DNA of 63,984 nucleotides, filler included, from Octopus bimaculoides (Eukaryota): NCBI RefSeq assembly GCF_001194135.2. It is 10 parts of 8 records of this genome, joined end to end, with 100 filler letters (N's around TTAATTAATTAA, not from the genome) between each part and the next. Parts side by side here need not be neighbours in the genome. Positions count along the whole stretch, not along the records: positions 30,764 to 46,052 come from NC_069003.1; positions 46,153 to 50,406 come from NC_068998.1; positions 50,507 to 56,158 come from NC_068997.1; 7 more parts are not named here. One strand, 5' to 3'. Shown piece by piece: positions 37,321 to 50,842 of this stretch (position 1 is its first letter; each line of letters starts with the position of its first letter). The notes under the pieces were generated by a model. It saw only the letters and a program-made list of their open reading frames with translations, ran no database searches and was not told where the DNA came from. The position numbers and the translations under genes were made by a program.

Positions 37321-39575
37321 ACACATATACATACATACATACATACATGCATACAAGCATACATACATTCATACATACACTAATATAGACATCACTTCGT
37401 TCACACACACACACACACACACAAATATCGTTAATTAAACACAGCAATCACCACTGCATTATCGAGTAGGAAATGAGAAATAGGGGAGGANNNNNNNNNN
37501 NNNNNNNNNNNNNNNNNNNNNNNNNNNNNNNNNNNNNNNNNNNNNNNNNNNNNNNNNNNNNNNNNNNNNNNNNNNNNNNNNNNNNNNNNNNNNNNNNNNN
37601 NNNNNNNNNNNNNNNNNNNNNNNNNNNNNNNNNNNNNNNNNNNNNNNNNNNNNNNNNNNNNNNNNNNNNNNNNNNNNNNNNNNNNNNNNNNNNNNNNNNN
37701 NNNNNNNNNNNNNNNNNNNNNNNNNNNNNNNNNNNNNNNNNNNNNNNNNNNNNNNNNNNNNNNNNNNNNNNNNNNNNNNNNNNNNNNNNNNNNNNNNNNN
37801 NNNNNNNNNNNNNNNNNNNNNNNNNNNNNNNNNNNNNNNNNNNNNNNNNNNNNNNNNNNNNNNNNNNNNNNNNNNNNNNNNNNNNNNNNNNNNNNNNNNN
37901 NNNNNNNNNNNNNNNNNNNNNNNNNNNNNNNNNNNNNNNNNNNNNNNNNNNNNNNNNNNNNNNNNNNNNNNNNNNNNNNNNNNNNNNNNNNNNNNNNNNN
38001 NNNNNNNNNNNNNNNNNNNNNNNNNNNNNNNNNNNNNNNNNNNNNNNNNNNNNNNNNNNNNNNNNNNNNNNNNNNNNNNNNNNNNNNNNNNNNNNNNNNN
38101 NNNNNNNNNNNNNNNNNNNNNNNNNNNNNNNNNNNNNNNNNNNNNNNNNNNNNNNNNNNNNNNNNNNNNNNNNNNNNNNNNNNNNNNNNNNNNNNNNNNN
38201 NNNNNNNNNNNNNNNNNNNNNNNNNNNNNNNNNNNNNNNNNNNNNNNNNNNNNNNNNNNNNNNNNNNNNNNNNNNNNNNNNNNNNNNNNNNNNNNNNNNN
38301 NNNNNNNNNNNNNNNNNNNNNNNNNNNNNNNNNNNNNNNNNNNNNNNNNNNNNNNNNNNNNNNNNNNNNNNNNNNNNNNNNNNNNNNNNNNNNNNNNNNN
38401 NNNNNNNNNNNNNNNNNNNNNNNNNNNNNNNNNNNGGGTGGGGGGGGGGGACACAGACACACAAACATATACACACACCTACATACATACATATATATAT
38501 GACCAGAGGCGATCCAACTGTGACTCTCACGTCATTTAGCAGTAGGAAAAATGCCTTGCGATATTTGTTCCGTCTCTCTGCGTTCTGAGTCCCATTCCGG
38601 CCAAGGGACCACCAAATAAAGTAACAGCACTAGAACTGACGAAAAAGCGCTGTCTGTCTCCTTCATACAGTCCCTACCTAAATATTTCCCTGGGTCAAGA
38701 GTGAAAGGTCTCTCTGTAGCTATTGGTGACAACAAGTGCACCTCGAACGGCAGAAGCAGACTGAATGTTGATACCAAATCCTCCTCAATGGTCAGTGATA
38801 TGCACCTCTGTTGCAGCTACATGAAGAATATATAACTAGATCATTTGATAATATATATATGATAATAATAATATAGCACGAGAATGGAAGTCAACAGGCT
38901 TTAATGGTAAATCAAGACTCTCGTTTCTGGGACCAACATCAGCTTTAAGTTACCGGATCCATATTCATAGTGTTATGTAAAAATACTCTTAATAATTACT
39001 ATGTATTTGAATATTATTTAACAACAGCTGCCTGTGGGTGCTTCAAAGCACATGACATCTTAAACGCGCGTTACGAGGGGTTTTTTTACCCAACATACAC
39101 ACGGAAGTAGAATAAAACAAAGCTTTTTTTTTAAATATAAAACATTATAAATTACAGCTTATACTGGTTTCAAATATTGGCACAAGGCCAATAATTTTTA
39201 GGGGGTGACCCCCTACATTGACCTCTCGAAAGGATGAAAAGTAAAGTCAACCTCGACGGAATTTGAACTCAAAACGTAAGGACGGATGAAATACCTCCAA
39301 GAATTTTGCTCGGCGTGCTAACAATTCTGCTATAATAATGACTTATGTTAACTCTTCTGTTTCATTTTACTCTTGGCTATACATTCTGTAAATTATTCAA
39401 ATGTATGCAAATACGAAACGGAAATCAGAAAATAAATTATGTATAATACACCATCAGGATTTGGATATACAATCATATATATAGTGTTTTAAACATCGGT
39501 TAACTGTTACGTTATTTCGTTCAAAATAGCAATTCATCAACACACACACACTTTTTTTTATATTTATAGACCAAG

Positions 39576-39636
39576 AGTCGCGTCCATTTTGGATGGAACT
39601 AAGTAATCTCATGTCCCATCCAAAACCGACGCGACT
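39576..39636. other. 61-nt near-perfect hairpin (pre-miRNA-like)
   Basis: agtcgcgtccattttggatgg-[19-nt loop]-ccatccaaaaccgacgcgact; 19 of 21 positions pair. Confidence 0.4.
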
Positions 39637-39967
39637 GCTAACATCCTGAATTGGAAAGCTTGAACAATTGTGAAGTTTCTTGCGAATGAAACCACTGGTG
39701 ACCTTGTTAATTCACAAATATTTATCCCCCAAAGGCAGTGTTGAGCATTCATTCTCATTCTTCGACAATATAGTATATATGTGCCTCTCTATCTCCTCCT
39801 TCTTCTCTCTCGCACTCCCTCTCACTCTCTTTGTCTTCTCTCACTTTACCTCTCCCCGCTCTCTCGTCCTCTAACCAGAACACTATCTTCTTGCTTAATT
39901 TTGCTATTTATTGCGAGTTTTGTTTTAGATTATCTTTAAATTCAGTGTTCCTCAAAGATTGTGTGTA

Positions 39968-40165
39968 TACGAGGGGTTGATGAAAAGTCCCTGACTTTGG
40001 GTAAAAGAAAATACAGAAGGATCAATTAATTATGATTTTATTCAACATATTCCTGTCTCAGATTCGCACACTTATTGCAGTGGTCCTTCAGTTTTTCTAA
40101 GCCTTGTAAAAGAACTCAGAAGTTGGGCCTCCAACCAGGCGTTCCACGACAGCCTTAAAGCCTTC
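39968..40165 (+). mobile_element. Mariner-like terminal fragment
   Basis: TA|cgaggggttgatgaaaagt (mariner-type TIR start), followed by gattttattcaacatattc..cacttattgcag, a typical mariner subterminal sequence. Confidence 0.65.
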
Positions 40166-40680
40166 AGCACCTACCCGTATATATGTTTGTGCGTGCGCAG
40201 TGCGTGTTTCTATGTAATACAAATAATATATGAGTATATGCATATATACGTACATGTATGTACATACCTACATCTACATGTATATATAGATGCATATCTG
40301 GGTACAGGACGTTGCAAAAAAAAGAACGTGGACAAAATAATAAACGGAGTATAGAAAACACACAGACCACATAGAGAACATTTCCTTCATCAGCTGCCAC
40401 CATTCTAAAACTAAGCGTTTCGAAGAGTTAGGGCAGGACGCATTGTTAGAATGGCTCTTCCCACGGACCACAAATTAAATTTGTAACGTGGAGGAATGTA
40501 GTGGCGAACAGAAAACAAGACAGCAAAACGAAACAGTGAAAATAAACAAAAAAGGCTTGACAGGCTTTACTGCTGGGTGATAAGGGTCGAGCCTCACTGA
40601 ACGACGAGGTGGGGCTGTGAAGGTGCAAAACTGTGTGCGGGGGCGAGGTGGGTGGAGACAGTCAAGTAGCAATTTAAATG
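40165..40680 (-). mobile_element. Penelope-like terminal repeat, copy 2
   Basis: Reverse complement matches 37075-37320 and 55760-56158 (gcgtcctgccc, ctcttcgaaacgc, gctgatgaagg, ccactacattcctcc). Confidence 0.55.
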
Positions 40681-41588
40681 TGTGTTTCTTAAAAAAACTT
40701 CTAAATCAAAATTATGGCAAAGAATGAAGAATTATGCGGAAGTAAACTTCGGTTTGTTTTCTCATTAACAAAGATAGNNNNNNNNNNNNNNNNNNNNNNN
40801 NNNNNNNNNNNNNNNNNNNNNNNNGGGGGGGGGGAAGAAGTTTCGTTAATAAATCTGGTGGTGGTGGTAATGGTGATGTTGGGGATGGTGGTTGTGGAGT
40901 TTCTGGTATTTCTCAGTCTGAGAATCACTGCTTTAAATAAACCACACTGGTTGGTTCAAAACCAACATTTGTGATGAAGGGGAGAATATTTTCTTTCCTT
41001 CCTCCTTCCTGTATTCCTCTCTGTCTTCCATACCTTCCCCTCTTTTCTCCCTTCCTCACTTCCTTTCTTCCTTCCTTCCTTCCTTCCTATTATTTGTTTT
41101 CTCTCATCATTCCTTCTTCCTTCTTCGTTTCTTCTTTTTCTTTTCATCTCATTTTTCTCTTACTGTCTTCTGATTTCCGTTCTTTTTTCTTTTTTCTATT
41201 ATTATTTTTTTGTGTGTGTGTTTCTTTCTCATTCTCAAACATCCTTTTCCTTTAACCGCCCACAGTAAGGTGAGAGTTAAAGAAGATTTGGTTACTATTT
41301 TTAGCATTTCCACCACCAACGTACAATGCCCATACTTCGCTTGCATTGAAGAAAGCATAAATGCTTCAGGTTTTAAATATTGCACTCAATCGCAGCATTT
41401 CTTTGTTGCATTCGGTGCAACAGAGAAATGCAAAGAGAAAATGAGATTATTATACTTTCGTAATAGCAACTTACATAATCTGCATTCACAAAGTGCAAAT
41501 GTCAGCTGTTTTAACCAAGGTGCAACTGGGATTATAACCGGATATAGTACGTGCAGTTGTCACACACACATGCACACACAATATGTGG

Positions 41589-41983
41589 ATGCGCAGGCGT
41601 GGGTGTGTGGTAAGAAATTTGCTTCCCAATTCCATGGTTCTGGTTCAGTCCCACTGCATGGCACCTTGGGGAAGTGTCTTCTACTATAGCATCGAACCAA
41701 CCGAAACCTTGGGAGTGGATTAGGCAGACGGACACTGAGAGAAGCCCAAATTCTCACTATATATGTATGTGTGTGTTTCTTAGTGTCTGTGTTTGTTCCC
41801 CGTCATCGCTTGACAACCGGTGTTGGTATGTTTACGTCCCCGTAACTTAGCGGTTCAGCAAAGAGACCGATAGAATAAGTACTAGGCTTAAAAATAAGTA
41901 CTGGGGTTGATACATTCGACTAAGAATTCTTCAAGGTGATGCCCCAGCATGGCCGCAGTCAAATAACTGAAACAAGTAAAATA
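41589..41983 (+). mobile_element. SINE family A, full length; followed by an inverted tail copy at 42025-42160
   Basis: gcgcaggcgtgggtgtgtggtaagaaatttgc..ggttcagtcccactgcatggcaccttgggg..ccagcatggccgcagtcaaataactgaaacaagtaaaa. Confidence 0.9.
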
Positions 41984-42612
41984 ATATATATATATATATA
42001 CACACGTATATATATGATATATGTCTTTTTTTCCATCTTTTACATGTTTCAGCCATTAGACTGCGGCAATGCTGGGGCATCGCCTTGAAGAATTCTTAGT
42101 CGTATGTATCGACCCAGTATTTATATTTTTCTAAGCTTCGTATTTATTCTATCGGTACAGTTGTAAACTCCGAGTTTAATGATATGTTGCCGCTTTTCCA
42201 AATTGCATTTCTCGTTTAAATGACATTTCCATTAATCTGAAAAGATATCAGTTTAGTCTACCGTATCAGGATGCTATATTTTGGAGAATTCCACACCCTA
42301 ACAGAAGACTAACTCAACTCAAAGATATTGAAGTTATTGGCAGAGGTACACAACATAACAACTGAGAATCTAGAAGTTACGGGGTAGAGAGAGACTGGAG
42401 GAATAGAGATTCCTAGCGCGGTTTTGTGAAATGCATCTCAACTGCGACCGCTTAAAGAAGATATATATTTATATATATCGTCGTAAAAGAGAAGCTGTCC
42501 TCCTGTGACAAACACAGCATTTATTAGCATATTTGCATTCGATTCTGCCGGATCGTATTAAGAATAATTATGCTAGTTTCGCATTTTGCTGTTCACTGTG
42601 CATATAACGATT

Positions 42613-42695
<83 letters not shown>

Positions 42696-42969
42696 ATGTT
42701 TGTGTGCGAACTTTTGCAAGAGAAAGGTTGATTAGTGACTTCGAAGTTTCAGCTTAGTCGCCATCTTGTTTTTCGAGAGACATATCAACATGTAATATGT
42801 AGGGTCCTTTTTATATGATGTTAGAATGTACTTTGAGGGATATATTGGTGCTTTAGCTGCTGTTTCTAACTAGGTGAGTGAGCATGGAAAAGCTCTTTAA
42901 ATAACTTGATTGTAATATCATGTCCACCAGTCCACAAATGGCTAACATAGCGAATAACAGCATAAGGTT

Positions 42970-43010
<41 letters not shown>

Positions 43011-43244
43011 ATTCCAGGAATAACCAGTTAAAAAAGAAACTAAGTTCTACAGCTTAGAGTAAAATATTCAAAGTCTGAGAGAATATATATATTTAATCCA
43101 CGACGGTTAGTCCGACAAAATATAATCTGTTTTGCCTATGGCTCATAGGAAGTTCCTAAACACATATATGCGTGCGCATGCACATGCACACACAGAGACA
43201 TACACACAGATACACACACAGATACACATATATATATATATATA

Positions 43245-43279
<35 letters not shown>

Positions 43280-43832
43280 TACTCCTATCTACATCTTTAT
43301 AACAAAAAAAAATCGATTTGTCGTTGTCGTCGTGGCAGTAGTGGTAATGAAAACAAACTTAGACGTCGTACGTGAGGGTGAATGAATGCGCAAAGAAAGA
43401 AAGAAAGAAAGAAAGGAAGAAAGAAAGAAAAAAAGAAAGAGAAAGATTATGGAATAAGGAAAGACTGAAAGAAAGACGAAATGAAAGAGAGATATCAGAC
43501 GGAAGGAAGGATAGAGATAATGAAGAAAAGAAAAAAAGTATAGAATACAAGTTGTTCAGGTTATCTCTACAGATTTATGGTCAGCACTGATTTGTTACGA
43601 CGCATTTAAGCATTGAGTTCGTGGATGGTCGATGGGTTGGATGTGGTACTGAGGAAGGAACGATAGCTCCTGAAATATGGCATTACCTATTTTTCCATCT
43701 TCGATCGCTTTGACATTAGACGTTTTCCGATACGAAATGTCGGAAGAAATCAGTACTGGTTGTAATTTCTATAGAAAAATCTGTAGAGATAACCTTAACA
43801 AGAGATTTAATAACACTGCTAACACAGTTGGA

Positions 43833-44263
43833 CAGGGCAGCGCTGGATTAACCATTAAGCAAAATAAGAACGTGCTCATGGCATCAAGGGAAGGAGGGGG
43901 GACACCACAGAAATGGGAAATGGTTTACGGCACAAAAGAATTCGGGTTAAACTTGCTAAAATAATATTCGGGATGTTTTTATCTCTATTAAGTATTGATG
44001 CAGATGTGTTACCTAAGATTAGTTTTGAGGATCAGATCAAAGACTTTGTAATTCAAAAAAGTAGGAGGAAACTTCAAATATAAATAAAGTGGAAGTATAC
44101 AAAAATAAACATTATTTTCCCTCTTACTGTTTTGTTTTGTTTGGAAAAATAAAAATTCATTTTATGGTTTGTTATTGTTTATATTTTGAATTAAATAATC
44201 TTTTATGGGGGCACCAAAATCTTTTAAGTGCTTAGGGCCTCGATGGGTCTTAATCCGGCCCTG
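43833..44263. mobile_element. Non-autonomous TIR element (MITE, possibly hAT-type)
   Basis: Left end cagggc(agcgct)ggattaa and right end ttaatccggccctg are imperfect inverted termini. No clear TSD. Confidence 0.4.
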
Positions 44264-45378
44264 GGATTATATAAATATATATAAGAGAAGGAAACTAATA
44301 AAAGAAGTGGAAGTTGTGTGAAAAAGGAAAAATAGGGTAAACATGAAAGAGAGAGAAGTCTGTGAATGAATGATATAATAAAAACAGACNNNNNNNNNNN
44401 NNNNNNNNNNNNNNNNNNNNNNNNNNNNNNNNNNNNNNNNNNNNNNNNNNNNNNNNNNNNNNNNNNNNNNNNNNNNNNNNNNNNNNNNNNNNNNNNNNNN
44501 NNNNNNNNNNNNNNNNNNNNNNNNNNNNNNNNNNNNNNNNNNNNNNNNNNNNNNNNNNNNNNNNNNNNNNNNNNNNNNNNNNNNNNNNNNNNNNNNNNNN
44601 NNNNNNNNNNNNNNNNNNNNNNNNNNNNNNNNNNNNNNNNNNNNNNNNNNNNNNNNNNNNNNNNNNNNNNNNNNNNNNNNNNNNNNNNNNNNNNNNNNNN
44701 NNNNNNNNNNNNNNNNNNNNNNNNNNNNNNNNNNNNNNNNNNNNNNNNNNNNNNNNNNNNNNNNNNNNNNNNNNNNNNNNNNNNNNNNNNNNNNNNNNNN
44801 NNNNNNNNNNNNNNNNNNNNNNNNNNNNNNNNNNNNNNNNNNNNNNNNNNNNNNNNNNNNNNNNNNNNNNNNNNNNNNNNNNNNNNNNNNNNNNNNNNNN
44901 NNNNNNNNNNNNNNNNNNNNNNNNNNNNNNNNNNNNNNNNNNNNNNNNNNNNNNNNNNNNNNNNNNNNNNNNNNNNNNNNNNNNNNNNNNNNNNNNNNNN
45001 NNNNNNNNNNNNNNNNNNNNNNNNNNNNNNNNNNNNNNNNNNNNNNNNNNNNNNNNNNNNNNNNNNNNNNNNNNNNNNNNNNNNNNNNNNNNNNNNNNNN
45101 NNNNNNNNNNNNNNNNNNNNNNNNNNNNNNNNNNNNNNNNNNNNNNNNNNNNNNNNNNNNNNNNNNNNNNNNNNNNNNNNNNNNNNNNNNNNNNNNNNNN
45201 NNNNNNNNNNNNNNNNNNNNNNNNNNNNNNNNAAAAGGAACGAAAACTATCGTCTGTTGCGTTGTTATCTATTTTTATAGGAACGAGAAATCGATCCAAA
45301 ATGGCCGCCACATTTCAACAACGTTCGGTTTGTGTATGGAAGACGGAGATGCTATAGTGTGCGCGCGTGCGAGCGCGG

Positions 45379-45421
<43 letters not shown>

Positions 45422-46016
45422 TGAGAGAGAGAGAGAGAGAGAGATTGATGAAGGGTTTCTAAAAGATCACTTCCGTATTTTATGTGTTTATTTTATGTAA
45501 TTAATCTAGCAGTGAATCGTCAAATACAGTTATATATTTACAGTTATATGTGTGCGTGTGCGTATGTGTGTGTGTCTGTCTGTTCGTGCACGCGTGTGTA
45601 GGCTCACTCATACACAGACAAACAAATCTTGCATACGCAACAAATATGTGCACAAGCAAACAAGTATATATATGTATATAGATATAGATAGATAGATACA
45701 TACATACATACATACACAACCACACACATATATATATACACACACATGCATAATATACATATACATATGTATGGTTGTATGTATATATATATATATATAT
45801 GTACGTATTGTATGTATACATGCATGCCTGTGTACATGTATGTATAAATGAAACTGTAGCATTGGACGTTCCAATATCCACAATACTTTACACACACACA
45901 CACACACATACACACTGAGACGTGTATAAATGTATACACATCCGTCGGCAGTGTATATTTGTATATACCATACCTGAATATGTGTGTATAAAAATATATA
46001 AAAATATAAGTATATA

Positions 46017-46052
<36 letters not shown>

Positions 46053-46254
46053 NNNNNNNNNNNNNNNNNNNNNNNNNNNNNNNNNNNNNNNNNNNNTTAA
46101 TTAATTAANNNNNNNNNNNNNNNNNNNNNNNNNNNNNNNNNNNNNNNNNNNNCCCAAATTTCCTAATCGTTCATGTTTTTTAAAAATACTATTTGATATG
46201 GCGACCTTGCAGAATCGTTCGCACGCCAAACAAAATGCACGGCAGCATTTCTTC

Positions 46255-47330
46255 GTGTTTTATGCCCTCGAAGTCGACTACATTTTTCATCCTTTCAGGG
46301 TGGAAAAAACAAGTACAAGCTGAACAAAACCTTCGATTTAAACAACTTTCATTTACCTCAAGTTGTTGCTGGCTTTCTAACACAATGAGAAATCATTATT
46401 TTGTTTGTCACTGTGAAACTTGTAAGTCACCAATACTTCGCATTATCAATTGCAAATTCGATGACTTTTCTTGCTACTTCACTGATGAAGTTGAAATAGG
46501 CACGAATGTCATACAATCTCATAAGATCTTCCACAGTAAATACCATTATGATTAACCCTGTCTTATAATCCCGCTCCTCCACGTTATACAATAATGAAAT
46601 AATGAAAGACAAAGCTAGTTTAGTATTTAGTGGTGTCTTAAGATCTGATGCCTTTCAGTATTTTAAATGCCGCAGGTTTTGGCTCAATTCTAGTCTCTCG
46701 GTCAGCATTCTTCCCATAATTGTGCTAATTCATTGTGCTTATCTTAAAATTCAACATTGTAAACATCAATGTTCAACATTATTTCTAATTTGTTATTACA
46801 GTCGCCGATACTTCGCCGATGTAATTCACCATCTCAAAAAGCTGGATCTGAGTGAAGGTTGTGAGCAAGTTTGTGAAAGAGAAATGCCCGTCGGCGCGGA
46901 TATCCTTTGTTCAATAGTTTGTCAAATGTAAGTTACTACACAACGAATACACACAAACACAAACACACACATACACACATACCCACACAAACACACACAC
47001 ACATACACATCAAACCTCCTAACATTTTCCGTCGGTCAAATTCATTCTGAAGGCATTGACCGGCTCAGGGATCCAGTTGAAGACACTTTCTTCAGCTGTC
47101 TCGCAATGGAACTGAACCCGAAGCTACGTGGTTGCCAAGCGAGCTTTTCAACCACACAGCCAAGCCTTCATGTGTGCATGAAATATTAACAGGAGATAGA
47201 TTTCGATGTAAATCAGAATTTCAATTTAAAACACAAATTCTTTTGCTAAACCTTACAAAATTTGATTACACTTGTTATTCGATAAATTATGCAATGAATA
47301 CAATAATTGCTAAACTTTACACTGGATTCC
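46255..47330 (+). repeat. ~1.1-kb direct duplication, copy 1
   Basis: Collinear with 49295-50405, from gtcgactac..cctttcagggtggaaaaa through ..gatttcga.gtaaatcagaa. Confidence 0.9.
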
Positions 47331-48836
47331 TTCTTTGATTTTTTTTTCAGTATAAAGAAAACTGGCAGCGGAAACTAACCGGAAAACATCATTCTAAATT
47401 CTGTTTTCCGTAATATGTAATGTAATATGAAATAAACTGTATTACACAAAAAATAGTATTTTATTTATTTAATTATGTATTTATTTATTTATTTATTTAT
47501 TACCTTGTGTTTTAAATAGTAATAAATTGTTTGTCACTTGTTGATTAGTCAGTTTATTTTTCTATTTTTATTTTTATTTCGTTTCTATTTTTTATCAGAG
47601 GTTTACTTCGATTCGGTGAATGTGGAATGAACAAGTCAAAGCTGTACAAAGGCGTTCGTCACGAGAATTATGAAGAAAGTTTGAAAGCACTTTGTTGGTG
47701 TCTTGGCTTACTGAATGCCATTATAGTGGGCATGTTTTGTGCAGAACCAAACCATTATTTCGTCCTTCATGCATGTATTGGTCCGATGCAACGAACGCGA
47801 CGAGTCCAGTACTTATCAAGATGAAGGATTTGTATGGAGAGACCTTTTCTTTGAAGGGAAGCTAAAGAGCTAACAGTCCCTAGTCCATTGTGATGTGCTT
47901 GAGACAATTTTGTGACATACTAAATAATCCACGACTGCGACCCTAGCGAGCTCTCTTCCGAAGATGTGTAGAGCTAGGAACAAGGGTGTCTAAAAGGTTG
48001 TTCTCTTCTCAAATCCCTAGAACCTCAATCCAGGAAGAAGTTTAACATCATGTCCAGTGCCAGAGCTAATCAGTGAGAAATGACAATCCCGTCCCAAAAC
48101 GTGTACATTTGACTGGCCGTGATCTTAATTCCTTTCCGATCAGAGCTACTCATACACTATTTGATATATTGCTCAAAAGAACAAAATAGTTCCTTGCTTA
48201 AGTGCCTATGGCAGGCTTCATGAAACACATCCATGATGTGTTTCAATGGGTCATATGTTGGTGGAAATACTCCAATATGGTCGGATATCGGATGCAGATT
48301 ACTCAAGTTTCTGATCCGTAGAGGAAACGAGGATAGCAACTGCCATGTCAGACGGGTTGACTTTGTCTCAGTTTTGAAAATCTCAAATATTATTTGAAGG
48401 CACCTGGGGGCAACACCTACACACACAAAAAGCGAGAAACAAAAACAACTTATTTAATAATTCTTTAAATTTACATAGTCAAACGTTTATGGCTCAGAAC
48501 GTAATTATTGGTATCAAAATGGTTTGTGTATATTTTTCCTCAACACTTATCTTTCAATTGGTTATCTCAGCAATTTCCGCTTCTCTTCAATCGATTTCAT
48601 TGGTTTTCGTCTTAGATGAGAACAACACAGATGTTACCCAGCCACGAATTACGATATAAAATGCCTTCTTTCTTCTTTAACACGTCCCATACGGAAATCA
48701 GTAAGTTTTGCATTTTAGTGCATTGTGATAAATTCTCTTATTTCTTCCCTAGACTCTAACAAAAATCTGTATACATTCTAATCTATCTATCTATCTATCT
48801 ATCTACCTGTCTCTCGTTTATTTTTATTTTTCAGGC

Positions 48837-48924
48837 ATGAAGGTCGTTCTTTTGTTTTTAGTGTTGCTTCCCACCATCTTCGCCGTCGGCCTCTATGATG
48901 AGGAGATCGACAAAAGACTGAATC
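48837..48924 (+). CDS. Signal-peptide exon of an unidentified secreted protein (MKVVLLFLVLLPTIFAVGLYDEEIDKRLN)
   Basis: Acceptor tttatttttattttttcAG|gcATG (exon starts 48835) and donor aatc|GTAAGT at 48925. Encodes an MK start, a hydrophobic core, an FA/VG cleavage-like site, then an acidic stretch and KR. Confidence 0.75.
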
Positions 48925-49294
48925 GTAAGTAAAAACAAAACCGTATAGAAATATTTTCTGTGTCAGAATGATAGATATGATAGCAGTTATTGTTGTTGTT
49001 GTTGTTGTTGTTGTTTAACCCCAGGTCAAGAAACGTCGTGCGGATTTGCCTGTTACCAAAGGTTTTTGCAGCTGTGACAAAACAATGATCTAGAATTTTC
49101 TAGTTCGCTACGTTTACAATAACCCTTCCTACTATAGAATCAAGGTCGGAAATTGAAGGGAGGGGAAAAGTCGATTATATCGATCCCAATGATCAACTGG
49201 TACTTAAATTCATCGACCCCGAAAGGATGAGACGCAAAGTCAGCGTCGGCTGAATTCGAAATCAGAACATAGCGTCGGGCGAAATACATCTAAG

Positions 49295-50405
49295 TCGACT
49301 ACACCTTTTATCCTTTCAGGGTGGAAAAAGCAAGTACAATTTGAACAATACCGTCGACTTAATCAACTTTCTTTACCTCCAATATTACTGGCCTTCTACC
49401 ACAATGAGAAATAATTATTCTATTTGTCACTGATAATACTTCGCATTATCAATTGCAAATTCGATGACTTTTCTTGCTACTTCACTGATGACGTTGAAAT
49501 AGGCACGAATGTCGTACAATCTCATAAGATCTTCCACAGTAAATGCCATTATGAATAACCCTGTCTCATAATCCCGCTCTCCTCCATATTACACAATAAT
49601 GAAAAACAAAGCAAGTTTAGCATTTAGTCGTGTCTTAAGACCTGCTGGCTTTCAGTATTTTAAATGTCACAGGTTTTGGCTCAATTTTAGTCTCTCGGTC
49701 AGTATTCTTCCCATAATTGTGCTTATCTTAAAATTCAACATTGTAAACATCATTATTCAACATTTCTTCTAATTTATTATTACAGTCAACGATCTAATTC
49801 GCCATCTTAAAAACCTGGATCTGAGTGAAGGTTGTGAGCCAGTTTGTCACAAAGAAATACCTCTTTTCCCGGATTTCTTTTGCAAAGCAGCTTGTCAATT
49901 GTAAGTTACTACACAACTTACACACACACACACACACACACAACAAACCTCCTGACATTTTCCGTCGATCAAATGCCTTTTGATGGTATTGGCTGGCTCA
50001 GGGATCTAGTTGAAGACACCTCACGTGTCGCGCAATGGAACAGAACCCGAAGCTACGTGGTTGCAAAGTGGGCTTTTTAACCAAACGACCATGCCTTCCT
50101 ATGTGAATGAAATATTGCTTTCTAATCTAGACACAAGGCCCGAAATTTTGGGGAAGGGTGCCAGTCAATTAGATCGACCCCAGTACGCAACCTCGGCGGA
50201 ATTTGAACTCAGAACGTAAAGACAGACGAAATACCGCTAAGCATTTCGCCCGGCGTGCTAACGTTTCTGCCAGCTCGCCGCCTTTGTGTGAATGAAATTT
50301 TAACGGGAGACTGATTTCGAGGTAAATCAGAAGAATTCCAGTTTAAAGCATAAATTTTCCAGCCAAACCTCTCAACAATTGATTGCATTTGTTATTCGGT
50401 AAGTT
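49295..50405 (+). repeat. ~1.1-kb direct duplication, copy 2 (extra SINE B at 50110-50283)
   Basis: Collinear with 46255-47330. The SINE B insertion is absent from copy 1. Confidence 0.9.
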
Positions 50406-50510
50406 ANNNNNNNNNNNNNNNNNNNNNNNNNNNNNNNNNNNNNNNNNNNNTTAATTAATTAANNNNNNNNNNNNNNNNNNNNNNNNNNNNNNNNNNNNNN
50501 NNNNNNTATA

Positions 50511-50547
<37 letters not shown>

Positions 50548-50750
50548 GTGGTTGGCCATCATTCTGCATGCAGTGGTTTGAAGAGGAGATAAGATCAATA
50601 TAAAGGAGACATGGACAGCCTATCCGCTAGTGGGGAACGTATGTGTCATGGAAGATGTCGAGTCGGAGGCTTCGTTCCGAGTGAGAGACGGAGAAAGAAG
50701 AGAGTATTGTACATTTGTGTACATATGTATACACACATACATACATACAT

Positions 50751-50842
<92 letters not shown>

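Noticed and set aside
42757-42768. YY1-like motif (caagatggcgac on -; also aaaatggccgcc near 45298) as a possible promoter
   Set aside because: Short motifs with no supporting TSS, CpG island or linked exon.
47743-47824. gcAG|aaccaaac gives EPNHYFV, considered as the next semaphorin exon
   Set aside because: Only EPN matches; the expected FV-x-S..YFFFRE is absent and the frame stops after 28 codons.
47600-48430. Coding-like composition, possibly a decayed DNA transposase
   Set aside because: All frames are interrupted and I could not identify a diagnostic motif; needs a translated search.
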